A stretch of 64,000 nucleotides of DNA from a candidate division WWE3 bacterium RIFOXYC1_FULL_40_10 (GTDB lineage Bacteria > Patescibacteriota > WWE3 > UBA101185 > UBA10185): NCBI GenBank assembly GCA_001773215.1, contig MEWB01000001.1, forward strand, positions 614,099-678,098, written 5' to 3'. Position 1 is the first letter of the stretch. The number at the start of each line of letters is the position of its first letter. Of this stretch, positions 41,465-50,329 are shown piece after piece. A model generated the notes under the pieces. That model searched no databases, had not been told where the DNA came from, and saw only the letters and a list, made by a program, of their open reading frames with translations. The position numbers were made by a program, and so were the translations under genes.

Positions 41465-42757
41465 TTAGGGGTTAATTCTCTTAACATCGCGGGGCAATAA
41501 CGTGGCTTCTTTTACACTAGGCAAATCCAGCATCTGCATAATTATTCGGCCCGGCCCAATTCCCACACCACCATGAGGAGGACACCCGTATTTAAAAAAG
41601 TCCATATAGCCCCTTAGAGATTCCACATCCATCCCTTTCTCTTTAGCTTGCTTTTCCAATACCTCGTAGCGATGCTCTCTTTGGGCACCGGTTACGATTT
41701 CTAAACCCTTATATATCAAATCAAAGCCCTTGGTAATATCAGGTTGATCGGGATAACGCATATGATAAAAGGCTCTTCCGTTCGCCGGATAATCGATTAG
41801 AAAAACAAAATCGCTTCCCGTTTGCTCTTTGATCAATCTTCCAAGCTCCCTTTCTTCCTCAGGTGATACATCATAATCTTTTTCTCCTGAAATACCTTTT
41901 GCTCTTAACAATTCCTTGGCTTCTTTCATGGTTACTCTTGGAAATGGCCTTTTTGGTATTTCGAGTTCGGGCAACACAGTTTTGTTAACTTGTTCAAATC
42001 CTGATATCAAAAATTTCTCCAGTTCATCCATTACATCATGATGTGACTCAATATAAGACAGCTCAAAATCCCAGCCTGTAAACTCAGTCATATGCCGGGT
42101 TGTATACGAAGGTTCAGCCCTAAAGATAGGACCGGTAATAAACACCTTCTCAAATCCGGCAGCCATCGCCATTTGCTTATAAAATTGCGGGCTTTGGGCC
42201 AAATAGGCTTTTCTGTCAAAATAGTTCACCTCAAATACTTCCGCCCCGGACTCACTTGGAACTCCCATAAATGATGGTGCATAGACTTGAATGAAGTTAT
42301 TCTCTTCAGTGTATTTTCTTACACCTTTTTCGAGTTCAGTCCAAACTTTGAAGATATTTATTCTTTCATCTTTTCGTAAATCAATCCATCTGTAGTCGAA
42401 TCTCTTGGGAGCATCAGTTTCCTCTCCGCCTTTTTCGAAAACTACCGGTATGGGAAGCTCCGGGGAGGCTAGTGATAACACCATTATTTCCTCTGCTTCA
42501 ATCTCGAAGCCGTTGGGTGCCTGTTTCTCTTCTTTTGCCAAACCTGTGATACATACAACCGATTCAAGTGTCAAAGTTTTGCACGTATCAAAAGCTTCGG
42601 TGTGTGACTTTAGTACAACTACTTGTGCCCTTCCTGTAACATCGCGAATTATTAAAAACGCTATCGAACCTTGCTGCCGAATGGTTTCGACAAATCCTTT
42701 GATTGTAATTTTTTCACCTATTTTTTGCTTTATTGATTTTATATGAGTTCTTTCCAT
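41465..42757 (-). CDS. aspS: Non-discriminating (archaeal-type) aspartyl-tRNA synthetase
   Basis: OB fold, YLAQSPQFYKQ, FRAEPS.T.RH.TEF, GAQREH, PPHGG; short form without the bacterial GAD insertion. Start MERTH at 42757. Confidence 0.92.
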   Translation of the reverse strand: MERTHIKSIKQKIGEKITIKGFVETIRQQGSIAFLIIRDVTGRAQVVVLKSHTEAFDTCKTLTLESVVCITGLAKEEKQAPNGFEIEAEEIMVLSLASPELPIPVVFEKGGEETDAPKRFDYRWIDLRKDERINIFKVWTELEKGVRKYTEENNFIQVYAPSFMGVPSESGAEVFEVNYFDRKAYLAQSPQFYKQMAMAAGFEKVFITGPIFRAEPSYTTRHMTEFTGWDFELSYIESHHDVMDELEKFLISGFEQVNKTVLPELEIPKRPFPRVTMKEAKELLRAKGISGEKDYDVSPEEERELGRLIKEQTGSDFVFLIDYPANGRAFYHMRYPDQPDITKGFDLIYKGLEIVTGAQREHRYEVLEKQAKEKGMDVESLRGYMDFFKYGCPPHGGVGIGPGRIIMQMLDLPSVKEATLLPRDVKRINP

Positions 42758-42773
42758 ACTTTCCTTATAAACA

Positions 42774-42920
42774 GAAAAACCTCTACTAAACAGAGGTTCC
42801 GATATTACGGAAGGTGCCAACCTTCATAATGCTTATTTACAGCTGTAACGGGCATTCCCGGCTCGCCATTTCCTGCGAACAGCTTGGCGGTTGTCACTTT
42901 TCCGCCTCAACGCTTTTTAT
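42774..42920 (-). promoter_or_regulatory. T-box riboswitch (Asp/Asn) with very short Stem I
   Basis: Minus strand: AAAAGCGTTGA-GGCGG-aaaagtGACaa-CCGCC; CCCGTTA box; antiterminator AGGT-TGGCACC-TTCCG/CGGAA-CCT; overlapping terminator AACCTCT/AGAGGTT-TTT. Confidence 0.8.
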
Positions 42921-42950
42921 AACTAACAAATGTATTCTATATTTTACGGG

Positions 42951-42992
42951 AAAAAAAGCAAGCCCCGCAAATCTTTTTAGAATCTGCGGGGC
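42951..42992 (-). terminator. Terminator of ncRNA A
   Basis: GCCCCGCAGAT...ATTTGCGGGGC-TTGCTTTTTTT on the minus strand. Confidence 0.8.
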
Positions 42993-43363
42993 GTAATAGT
43001 TTGCGGCTGGCGGATACGAACCTCTGTTCGATGTACCATAAAATCCGCCAGCCACTATTTAGTGGGGGTTCGAGTGGAGTCTACCGATAAGTATATTACA
43101 GTATTTCTCCAACCCTGAAGCCCACGGCGGTTGAGTGCATGCCGTCAGATCTGCAGTATCTGTTTTCGGCTTGAACGCAGGTCTCGTGGTCTACGTATCC
43201 TAAAGCTTTTCCACTTACCAGCTTTAGCGATAGGCGACTTGTTTCGCCCTTACCACAAGTACACTGCGCAGAAGGGGGTGCACTCAACGTAAAACGACCG
43301 ATCCATGGCGTGGGAAATCTCGCCGATTTACACCATAAAAAAGACGCCACTTCACGGGTCGAT
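42951..43363 (-). ncRNA. Putative large structured ncRNA A (about 410 nt, unidentified)
   Basis: Perfect TTGACA-17-TATAAT promoter, multiple nested stems, terminator at 42951-42992; GC-rich against an AT-rich background. Confidence 0.65.
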
Positions 43364-43369
43364 GCATGA

Positions 43370-43398
43370 ATTATAGACTAATTTATGGAATTTGTCAA
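43370..43398 (-). promoter_or_regulatory. Consensus sigma70 promoter for ncRNA A
   Basis: TTGACA (43398-43393), 17-nt spacer, TATAAT (43375-43370). Confidence 0.85.
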
Positions 43399-43429
43399 GC
43401 TATAAGTTATAAAGATCTGTAGGGGAATT

Positions 43430-43772
43430 AAAAACCGCCTCCGTGTTGTTATATTAACCAACGCGAAGGCGGACTAAGATCGATGGATGCAGGGAGCCGG
43501 ACAGCACGTCCTAAGACAGTTTCGCGAAGGCCGGTTTTATGCAACGGGCGTGGGGCGAGCTAGCCAGGTAATAGGTCATACGCCAGCTAACTGCCAAGCG
43601 GCGGGTGGCACAACATCACAATGTGCGGCCACATAGCCAAAGCCCGCGAAAGTTCCGGCCAAAGGAGCCCTGCCTCTACACTTGTATACAACCGGGGTGT
43701 CCCGTATGCTTGGTTTCCCAAGAGTGTAGAAGGGCCCACGCATTCGAAAAACTGCTACTCTCTGCATCCATG
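43430..43772 (-). ncRNA. Putative large structured ncRNA B (about 340 nt, unidentified)
   Basis: 14-bp closing stem (43758-43771 with 43483-43496), GAAA tetraloop hairpin, own promoter and terminator (43430-43472). Confidence 0.65.
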
Positions 43773-43778
43773 GCGCGA

Positions 43779-43807
43779 ATATTACGCTATTTTCGCAGAA
43801 ATGTCAA
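43779..43807 (-). promoter_or_regulatory. Sigma70 promoter for ncRNA B
   Basis: TTGACA (43807-43802), 17-nt spacer, TAATAT (43784-43779). Confidence 0.75.
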
Positions 43808-43809
43808 TA

Positions 43810-45438
43810 CTATGGGATCTTAATGTCAACCACAACCAAATCTACAGACCTTTTATTGTTGAATTCATTAATTTTTAGTGTAAAAGCCAGATCTACTATA
43901 TCCCCTAAGCACAAAGATTCACAAGCTTGTTTGCCATTGAAGTAAATCGCTTTATAGTCCTTTTTTCCTGCGGTTACAGTCAGTTTTACATGCTGAGCCG
44001 ACTTTCCGATAATATCAATATTCTTAACTTTAACCCCCGTTACGGCGAAAACAGGTTCTCTGTTGCCCACTCCAAAAGGTTGTAATTTCTCCAAGTTCTG
44101 CACCAATTCAATGTCAATTGCTTCCAAAGGCAGTTCAATATCTACTTCTACTGTTCTTACCAAATCGTCGTCCAAAATACATGAATTGGCAAGTTTGACC
44201 ACCTTTCCTTCCAGCTCGGTGATTTTATTTTTATTGATAGAAAACCCCGCCGCACCCGGATGACCCCCCAAGCTTTCAAACATATCCTCAAAGTTCCTCA
44301 AAAAGGCTATTATGTCCACGCCGGGTACCGATCTTACAGACCCTTTTGCCATTTCCTCGTTTATGCTCATAACAATAGAGGGGCGGTAATACTTTTGAGT
44401 AATTTTAGCAGCCACTAAACCGATAATACCTTCGTGGAAATCCTCATGGTAAGCAATCACCACTTTTGGCAAGTTTTTTAGATCAAACTGTCCCGCCAAC
44501 TCATACATTTGTAAAGTTTTATCCTGCCTATCAATGTTTATTTCGTGCAGTTTTTGTGCAATATCCTCTACCACCGAGGGATCCTCTTCGGTGAATAGTT
44601 TTACAGCCTCCACGGCATCAATTAATCTGCCCGTCGCATTAATTCTAGGCCCAATGACCCAACCCAATTCGTAGTTAGAAATCTTTTTCCCCTCATTTCC
44701 AGAGGTTTTTATTAATTGGGCAAGACCTAAAGGGGGCTCAGTATTTATTACCGAAAGGCCTGCTTTAACAATAGCTCTGTTAAAACCAAGCAGGGGCTGA
44801 ATATCTGTAACTGTGGCCAGGGCTGCTAGAGCTACTCCGGCTTTACTTTTTGAGCCTAGGCTCTTGCTTAAAATCCATGCTAGAGCTGCTCCAACTACGG
44901 AGTCGCTCCACACTATTTCGTCGGCATTTGGTAAATGTGCCGGTTTTTGATGATGATCAGTGATTATGATCTGCTGACCTATTTTTTTAGCGTAATCAAC
45001 TGCATCATTCGCTGTGATACCACCATCAACGGTAACAATTAATGCCCTTTTGCCGCTAACCAGCTTGAGTGCATCATCAATCGACAACTCTGTTAGTCCA
45101 TAACTGTGAACAAATCGATTGGGTATAAAGAAAAAAGTATTTTGGTAGTTGAGTTCCTTTTTTAAAGTATTAAACAATATGGCCGTAGCACATACCCCAT
45201 CTGCGTCGTAATCCCCATGGATTATTATAGGTGTCTCCTTCGCAATGGCGTCTTTTATAATTTTGGTTGCAGACTTCAAAGATTCCACAAACTCTTCAGG
45301 CAGTAACTTGAAAGACTCGTTGAAGGTAGGAGGATTTAGAAAAGCTTTTATATCTGTGATTCCGCGTTGTAACAGAATTTGCTCGGCTAAATCATTTGTT
45401 GGATTATAAACTCCGGAGATTACCCATTTTTGTGGCAT
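43810..45438 (-). CDS. recJ: ssDNA exonuclease RecJ
   Basis: HGDYDADG, IPNRF...YG, VTVDGG, ITDHH, GPRINATGR, GSVRS, GGHPGAAG. Confidence 0.96.
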   Translation of the reverse strand: MPQKWVISGVYNPTNDLAEQILLQRGITDIKAFLNPPTFNESFKLLPEEFVESLKSATKIIKDAIAKETPIIIHGDYDADGVCATAILFNTLKKELNYQNTFFFIPNRFVHSYGLTELSIDDALKLVSGKRALIVTVDGGITANDAVDYAKKIGQQIIITDHHQKPAHLPNADEIVWSDSVVGAALAWILSKSLGSKSKAGVALAALATVTDIQPLLGFNRAIVKAGLSVINTEPPLGLAQLIKTSGNEGKKISNYELGWVIGPRINATGRLIDAVEAVKLFTEEDPSVVEDIAQKLHEINIDRQDKTLQMYELAGQFDLKNLPKVVIAYHEDFHEGIIGLVAAKITQKYYRPSIVMSINEEMAKGSVRSVPGVDIIAFLRNFEDMFESLGGHPGAAGFSINKNKITELEGKVVKLANSCILDDDLVRTVEVDIELPLEAIDIELVQNLEKLQPFGVGNREPVFAVTGVKVKNIDIIGKSAQHVKLTVTAGKKDYKAIYFNGKQACESLCLGDIVDLAFTLKINEFNNKRSVDLVVVDIKIP

Positions 45439-45442
45439 TATG

Positions 45443-46357
45443 CTACCTTTTGGCTTTTTCCCACAAAACCAGTATAGGTGTAGCAGTAAATATACTTGAA
45501 TAGGTTCCGGAAATTATGCCAACCAGCATTGCAAGCACAAAGTTCTTGATACTGGCACCGCCCAAAACATATAAAGAGGATAAAGTTAAAACCACTGTGA
45601 AGGAGGTCGCCAAAGATCGGGCTAGCGTTTCGACAACGGAAAAATTTGCCACTTCTTCGAAATTAAAACTCTTAGGTAGTTTCCTTAGGTTTTCTCTAAT
45701 TCTATCGAAAACAACTATTGTGTCGTGTACAGAAAACCCTAAAACAGTTAACAGCGCCGTAATAAATAGCGCATCGATTTCCACACCAAAGTAGTGGCCT
45801 AAAATAGCGAAGAAACCGATGACTACATAGGCATCATGGAACATCGCAATTATTGCCGAAATACCAAACTTAATACTGGAATAAGGCTTGGGGATATTTC
45901 TAAAGGCATACGCTATATAGCTCATAATTCCAATCATGGCCCATGCTAAAGCCACGAAAGCTTTTTTAGCGGTTTCGGCACCTACTACCGGACCCACAGT
46001 TTCGAACGACTTTTGTTCAAAATTGTTTTGTGCAAATTTTTCACTAAGCCCGTTCTTTAATTCGTCGAATTTTGCAGTATCCAATGGTTTTGTTTTAATC
46101 TCGGCAGTTGTTTTTTCCTGCTTGTCTAGCCTCACCGATTCGATATCAACTCCTTTCTCCTTAAATACATCTCTGACAATGGTTTCCTCGTTCTCCATCG
46201 GAGAAAATGAGAATGTGATGATTGATCCGCCTGTGAAATCTATCGCAAGATGCAACCCCTCTTTAAGAAGATAAACTGTCCCCGGTAGCATTAAAACTAA
46301 TGAAACCACTAAGTACCAAACCTTATATTTCATTAGATTCATTATGTTTTTATTCAT
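45443..46357 (-). CDS. secF: Protein translocase subunit SecF
   Basis: IDFTGGS, ETVGPVVG, GFSVHDTIVVFDRIREN, GTYSSIF. Confidence 0.96.
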   Translation of the reverse strand: MNKNIMNLMKYKVWYLVVSLVLMLPGTVYLLKEGLHLAIDFTGGSIITFSFSPMENEETIVRDVFKEKGVDIESVRLDKQEKTTAEIKTKPLDTAKFDELKNGLSEKFAQNNFEQKSFETVGPVVGAETAKKAFVALAWAMIGIMSYIAYAFRNIPKPYSSIKFGISAIIAMFHDAYVVIGFFAILGHYFGVEIDALFITALLTVLGFSVHDTIVVFDRIRENLRKLPKSFNFEEVANFSVVETLARSLATSFTVVLTLSSLYVLGGASIKNFVLAMLVGIISGTYSSIFTATPILVLWEKAKR

Positions 46358-47741
46358 GCTTGGGCCTTCTTAACTGACCAAAATTTGTAGCCTCAATAAA
46401 AGTTTTGACGACAAATATTGATGTAAACAATGATACAAATATTCCTATGGCTAAAGTAAGCGCGAAACCACGAACCGACCCTGAGCCAAACTGGAAAAGA
46501 ATGAAAGATGTAATTAATGATGAAACATTAGAATCTTTAATGGAATTCCACGCCCTTTCGAAACCTAGTTTTATAGCCAAATTTCGAGGCTTCCCCCAGC
46601 GGATTTCTTCACGGGTTCGCTCGAATATTAAGATACACGCATCAGTGGCCATTCCAATAGACAAAATAAATCCGGCTATACCGGGCAAAGTTAAAACTAC
46701 CGGTATTATTTTGAATATAGCTAAAACAATAAAAGAATAGATGATCAATGATATGCCCGATAATATACCCAAAAATCGATATCTTAAAACCAAGAAAGCG
46801 AAAACCAAGATTAGCCCCACTACGCCTGCAAGAAAGCTTTTTTGGATTGATTCCCCCCCTAAGGTTGCACCGACTGTTTTCTGCTCAAGAACCTCGACCG
46901 GAATAGGTAAAGCACCTGATCTCAACTGAATAGCCAAGGTTTTTGCTGATTCAAACGTAAAGTTACCACTGATCACTGGATCGGAAATTAGACCTGTCGC
47001 TAAATCTTCAGATACAGTAGGGGCAGAAATCGGGAAACTGTCCTCATCAAGGTACAAGGCGATAGGTTTACCTATATTGGTTTTAGCCAACTCACTGAAT
47101 TTTGTTCTACCCTCGTTGGTAAACTTTAGCTGGATTTGGGGTTTGCCTTGCTGAGAAATATCCCCACCTTGAGCTACAACCACATCTGCACCTTTCATAT
47201 CCGCACCTGTAACCCCGCTGTCTTCCCAGCTGTCGGGGCTGGACACGTATTGAAGGTACTTGTCTTGTGTCCATTCCAGGTCTTTTTTAAGTGTTTTAAA
47301 CTTTAGTTGAGCAGTTTGACCTATTAGATTTATCGCCTCGGACACATTATCGATCCCGGGAATTTCAACAATTATTCTGTACTCATCTCCCACCTTGGAA
47401 GTTGCAACAAAAGGTTCGGTTACCCCCAATAAGTTCACCCTTCTATCGATAACCTCTTTAGCCGATTCCAAAGCTCCTGATTTTTCATCATCAGCTATTT
47501 TCGACATATCAGCCCGTAACACCACTTTTATTCCCCCCTCTAAGTCCAAACCTTTTTTAATATCCCTTAAGTCTAATTGCCACTTTCCTAAATTAATAAA
47601 ATAACCGCCTACCGACGTATCCAACTTTAACCACTTGTTATTTATACTAATGGGAATTCGGGGTAAAACTACTAATATCGATAAAACGGTCATCGCAAAG
47701 ATCATCCCGAGTCTAAAATTTAGATTTTGCATTACTTTCAT
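46350..47741 (-). CDS. secD: Protein translocase subunit SecD
   Basis: GLDLEGG, RRVNLLGVTEP, LRSGALP, GMATDACILIFER, GFALTL. Confidence 0.96.
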   Translation of the reverse strand: MKVMQNLNFRLGMIFAMTVLSILVVLPRIPISINNKWLKLDTSVGGYFINLGKWQLDLRDIKKGLDLEGGIKVVLRADMSKIADDEKSGALESAKEVIDRRVNLLGVTEPFVATSKVGDEYRIIVEIPGIDNVSEAINLIGQTAQLKFKTLKKDLEWTQDKYLQYVSSPDSWEDSGVTGADMKGADVVVAQGGDISQQGKPQIQLKFTNEGRTKFSELAKTNIGKPIALYLDEDSFPISAPTVSEDLATGLISDPVISGNFTFESAKTLAIQLRSGALPIPVEVLEQKTVGATLGGESIQKSFLAGVVGLILVFAFLVLRYRFLGILSGISLIIYSFIVLAIFKIIPVVLTLPGIAGFILSIGMATDACILIFERTREEIRWGKPRNLAIKLGFERAWNSIKDSNVSSLITSFILFQFGSGSVRGFALTLAIGIFVSLFTSIFVVKTFIEATNFGQLRRPKHE

Positions 47742-47747
47742 AATAAA

Positions 47748-48329
47748 TCAGGATATAGAGTAGAACTTTTCTTCATCTCCTACAAGCATCATCCTGCTTT
47801 GGGATAATACCCTATTTATAAATTGATCTCCAGTTCTTTTTCGAGATTTAAATTCTGTGGATGTCATTACTGAGAAATTTAACTCTCTGCCCGATTTAGA
47901 CTCCTGCTCTTTGACAAGCTTTTTTAATGCCTCAACTTCGATATCACCCACAATAAACAAGTCCACATCCAAAGCTGTGGATTCACGACCTTTAAAGTAA
48001 GCAGGGCAAAATACAGCAAACTCTATATCACCCAAATCTGATTTTTTTTGAAGAATTTTCTTGGCTAGTCCGGTCTCTTTAGCTAGTAGGTTTAAAAGCT
48101 CGTTGTAGAAAGGATTTAACCGATCGACACTGTAATAGATTCTATTCATGCTTTGACGCCGTTTAAAAATTCCGGTTTTTACAAGATTGTCTAATTCCCT
48201 GCGTACGGCGTTTATTTCAGTATTTACTGCCCTAACAATACCCCTAACATGAACTTCCTTTTTGTTGCTCAGCAACATCAGCTCTAATATTTTTAGTCTT
48301 ACCTCTGACACGAATAAATTTTTTAACAT
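47748..48329 (-). CDS. Winged-HTH plus degenerate minimal nucleotidyltransferase-like protein
   Basis: LFVSEVRLKIL...VRRELDNL (wHTH); DVDLFIVG and GRELNFSV (MNT-like) with the GS motif eroded. Confidence 0.7.
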   Translation of the reverse strand: MLKNLFVSEVRLKILELMLLSNKKEVHVRGIVRAVNTEINAVRRELDNLVKTGIFKRRQSMNRIYYSVDRLNPFYNELLNLLAKETGLAKKILQKKSDLGDIEFAVFCPAYFKGRESTALDVDLFIVGDIEVEALKKLVKEQESKSGRELNFSVMTSTEFKSRKRTGDQFINRVLSQSRMMLVGDEEKFYSIS

Positions 48330-48353
48330 AAAAGCAATTTCTTGGGCAGAGTT

Positions 48354-49535
48354 TTAATACACAACTTGATCCATGTTCGCATCCGAAACAATGCTAATCC
48401 AGAAATTACCCCTATTGAAGGCTATTTCTTCCCCATTGGTATCGTAAAAAACAGTTCTTTCGTCTCGGCCGGCTTTGGTCCATGTGGCATCAATAACCCT
48501 GCCATCTATCATTATCAAGGCTTGGCCGCTTCCTTCTAGCTCATAGGTTAACCTATTTTTATCATCTCCTGCAATAGGCTGTTCAGGAACAAACTGAATT
48601 ATCAGGTTCTTCACTCTTACCTGTTCTCCCGTATTTAGATCAATTGTTGGCTTGGGTTGGTCGTTTTCATCAAAACCGGTATATCTTCGATAGGTATTGG
48701 TTCCCATGTCGTATTTGAACATACCCGTGTAATCACCCTTATACCAAAAATCAATTTGAATAAGATCCTCACATCCTATTTCGGCGCACTTTGTTGGTGA
48801 AGCTGCCGAATCCTCTTTGAACTCCCATAACCTTATATCACTCGTACCGCCCCACCCTAGGTCTTTTCCAACCTGATTGAGATACTGCACGTTTCCAAAA
48901 GCCGTATGCTCCCATGCAACATCCGAACTGACCCTTTTCATATCTCTCCAACAAGCCTCATCTTTTGGATCATCCAGAACTTGGTCACAATTAAGACCTG
49001 CTCTGCCCAAACTTCTCACAGGCCAAGATTCTATCGCCTGTAAAGCCTGGGGAGACCAGCCTATATGCATAATAGCCGCATCCGCTAATTCTTTAACAAT
49101 GACCAGATAATATTCTCTTGTACTTCTAATCGGCCCCGCTTTTTGGGGAAATTTGGAATGAAAAAAACTAAGAAATCTTGTTATCCCACCCTCGGCGACG
49201 ATTTCATAAATAATATCTGCATCGCCCAACCCCGCTTGAGGGCGAGCACTTATATGATTATTCACCATTACACCAATCGGGCGGGAATCAATCCAGGAAG
49301 CAGCATCTTCGCCCATATAGAAAACCCCGGTTAACGGACTCATTACTTCTCCCCTGATTACGCTATTATTGCCCCCGGTAGTCACTCCGGATTTTTGGAA
49401 AGGGTTTAAGACCTGTCTGGCATTTTTTCCCGAAAGAAACAGATATAGGATTATTAGGATAATAGGGATTAAACTGAAGGGAAGGATTTTTTTTACTTTA
49501 TCCTTGAAACTCGGCGGCTGCATTTGATCATACAT
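48354..49535 (-). CDS. DUF3048 (YerB-like) membrane-anchored protein
   Basis: SPLTG, RPIGVMVNNH..ARPQAGL..AD..YE...EGGITRF, GPIRS.R. Confidence 0.88.
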   Translation of the reverse strand: MYDQMQPPSFKDKVKKILPFSLIPIILIILYLFLSGKNARQVLNPFQKSGVTTGGNNSVIRGEVMSPLTGVFYMGEDAASWIDSRPIGVMVNNHISARPQAGLGDADIIYEIVAEGGITRFLSFFHSKFPQKAGPIRSTREYYLVIVKELADAAIMHIGWSPQALQAIESWPVRSLGRAGLNCDQVLDDPKDEACWRDMKRVSSDVAWEHTAFGNVQYLNQVGKDLGWGGTSDIRLWEFKEDSAASPTKCAEIGCEDLIQIDFWYKGDYTGMFKYDMGTNTYRRYTGFDENDQPKPTIDLNTGEQVRVKNLIIQFVPEQPIAGDDKNRLTYELEGSGQALIMIDGRVIDATWTKAGRDERTVFYDTNGEEIAFNRGNFWISIVSDANMDQVVY

Positions 49536-49597
49536 CGTTAAATTATATATGTATCAACCAAGTTGCACAAATAACAAACAAAGTGTAGTATGTGCTT

Positions 49598-49778
49598 CCT
49601 GAGGCGAGCTCACGTATTGCGTAGCAGTGCCTAATTGTTACATATTGATGCAGGTCTTACCCCAAAGAACATTGCTATAACAGCATTTGCCCCAATATGT
49701 ATAGATTGACACCTGGGCCAGGGTATGATAAAAAATACATCGTAATAGTTTTCCTCCCCACACGGGGCTAATTTTTTT
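49598..49778 (+). ncRNA. Candidate 6S-like rod-shaped RNA or greA leader
   Basis: TTGCAC-17-TAGTAT promoter (49563-49591); closing pairs GAGG/CCTC and GTATT/AATAC; inner stem TACATATTG/CAATATGTA; downstream CCCC/GGGG hairpin with T-tract. Confidence 0.45.
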
Positions 49779-49813
49779 GTGGACCTTCAAAGTCCACTAT
49801 AAAGAAATATAAA

Positions 49814-50278
49814 ATGGATAAAAACAATAAAATAACATTAACTAAAGAAGGGCTCGATAATCTTAAAAAAGAATTGCAAGAGTTGATAAAAATCAAACAA
49901 CCGGAAATTGCTCAAAAGATTAAAGAGGCTCGTGAAATGGGCGACATTTCTGAAAATGCAGCCTACGACACAGCTATGCAAGAAAAGGCCTACATCGAAG
50001 GTCGAGCTGCCGAATTGGAAGAACTGATCAAATCATCTTCGGTGGCAAATTGTTCTTCCGACGGTACTGTGTGTGTTGGATCTAAGGTTTTAGTTCATGT
50101 AGACGGAACACAAGAGGAGTTTCACATCGTGGGACCCCCCGAAGCCAACCCCATGGAAAAAAAGATTTCCCACGAATCGCCTTTGGGATCTATGCTTATG
50201 GGCAAAAAGATCGGGGACAAGTTTGAAGTTGAGGCTCCTATAGGGATCCTTACCTACACAATCCTAAAAATCAAATAA
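49814..50278 (+). CDS. greA: Transcription elongation factor GreA
   Basis: LTKEG, EAREMGDISENAAY, ISHESPLG. Confidence 0.97.
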   Translation: MDKNNKITLTKEGLDNLKKELQELIKIKQPEIAQKIKEAREMGDISENAAYDTAMQEKAYIEGRAAELEELIKSSSVANCSSDGTVCVGSKVLVHVDGTQEEFHIVGPPEANPMEKKISHESPLGSMLMGKKIGDKFEVEAPIGILTYTILKIK

Positions 50279-50329
50279 ATTCAATAAAAAATCATTGAAT
50301 ACTTGATTCTATTGTGGTTATATTGCCAC

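Noticed and set aside
43096-43350. 84-aa minus-strand ORF as a protein gene
   Set aside because: GTG start without SD, no motif, and extensive base pairing fits an RNA better. Not fully excluded.
42951-43772. RNase P RNA, tmRNA, SRP RNA or group I/II intron identity for RNAs A and B
   Set aside because: No GAGGAAAGUCC/P4 pair, tRNA-like ends with tag ORF, SRP helix 8 motif or intron domain V recognised; partial look-alikes (AUAAAACCGGCC, GGGGTTCGAG) lack their pairing partners.
43576-43878. Three overlapping short ORFs (63, 72 and 85 aa)
   Set aside because: They overlap each other in a GC-rich structured tract and are probably chance open frames.
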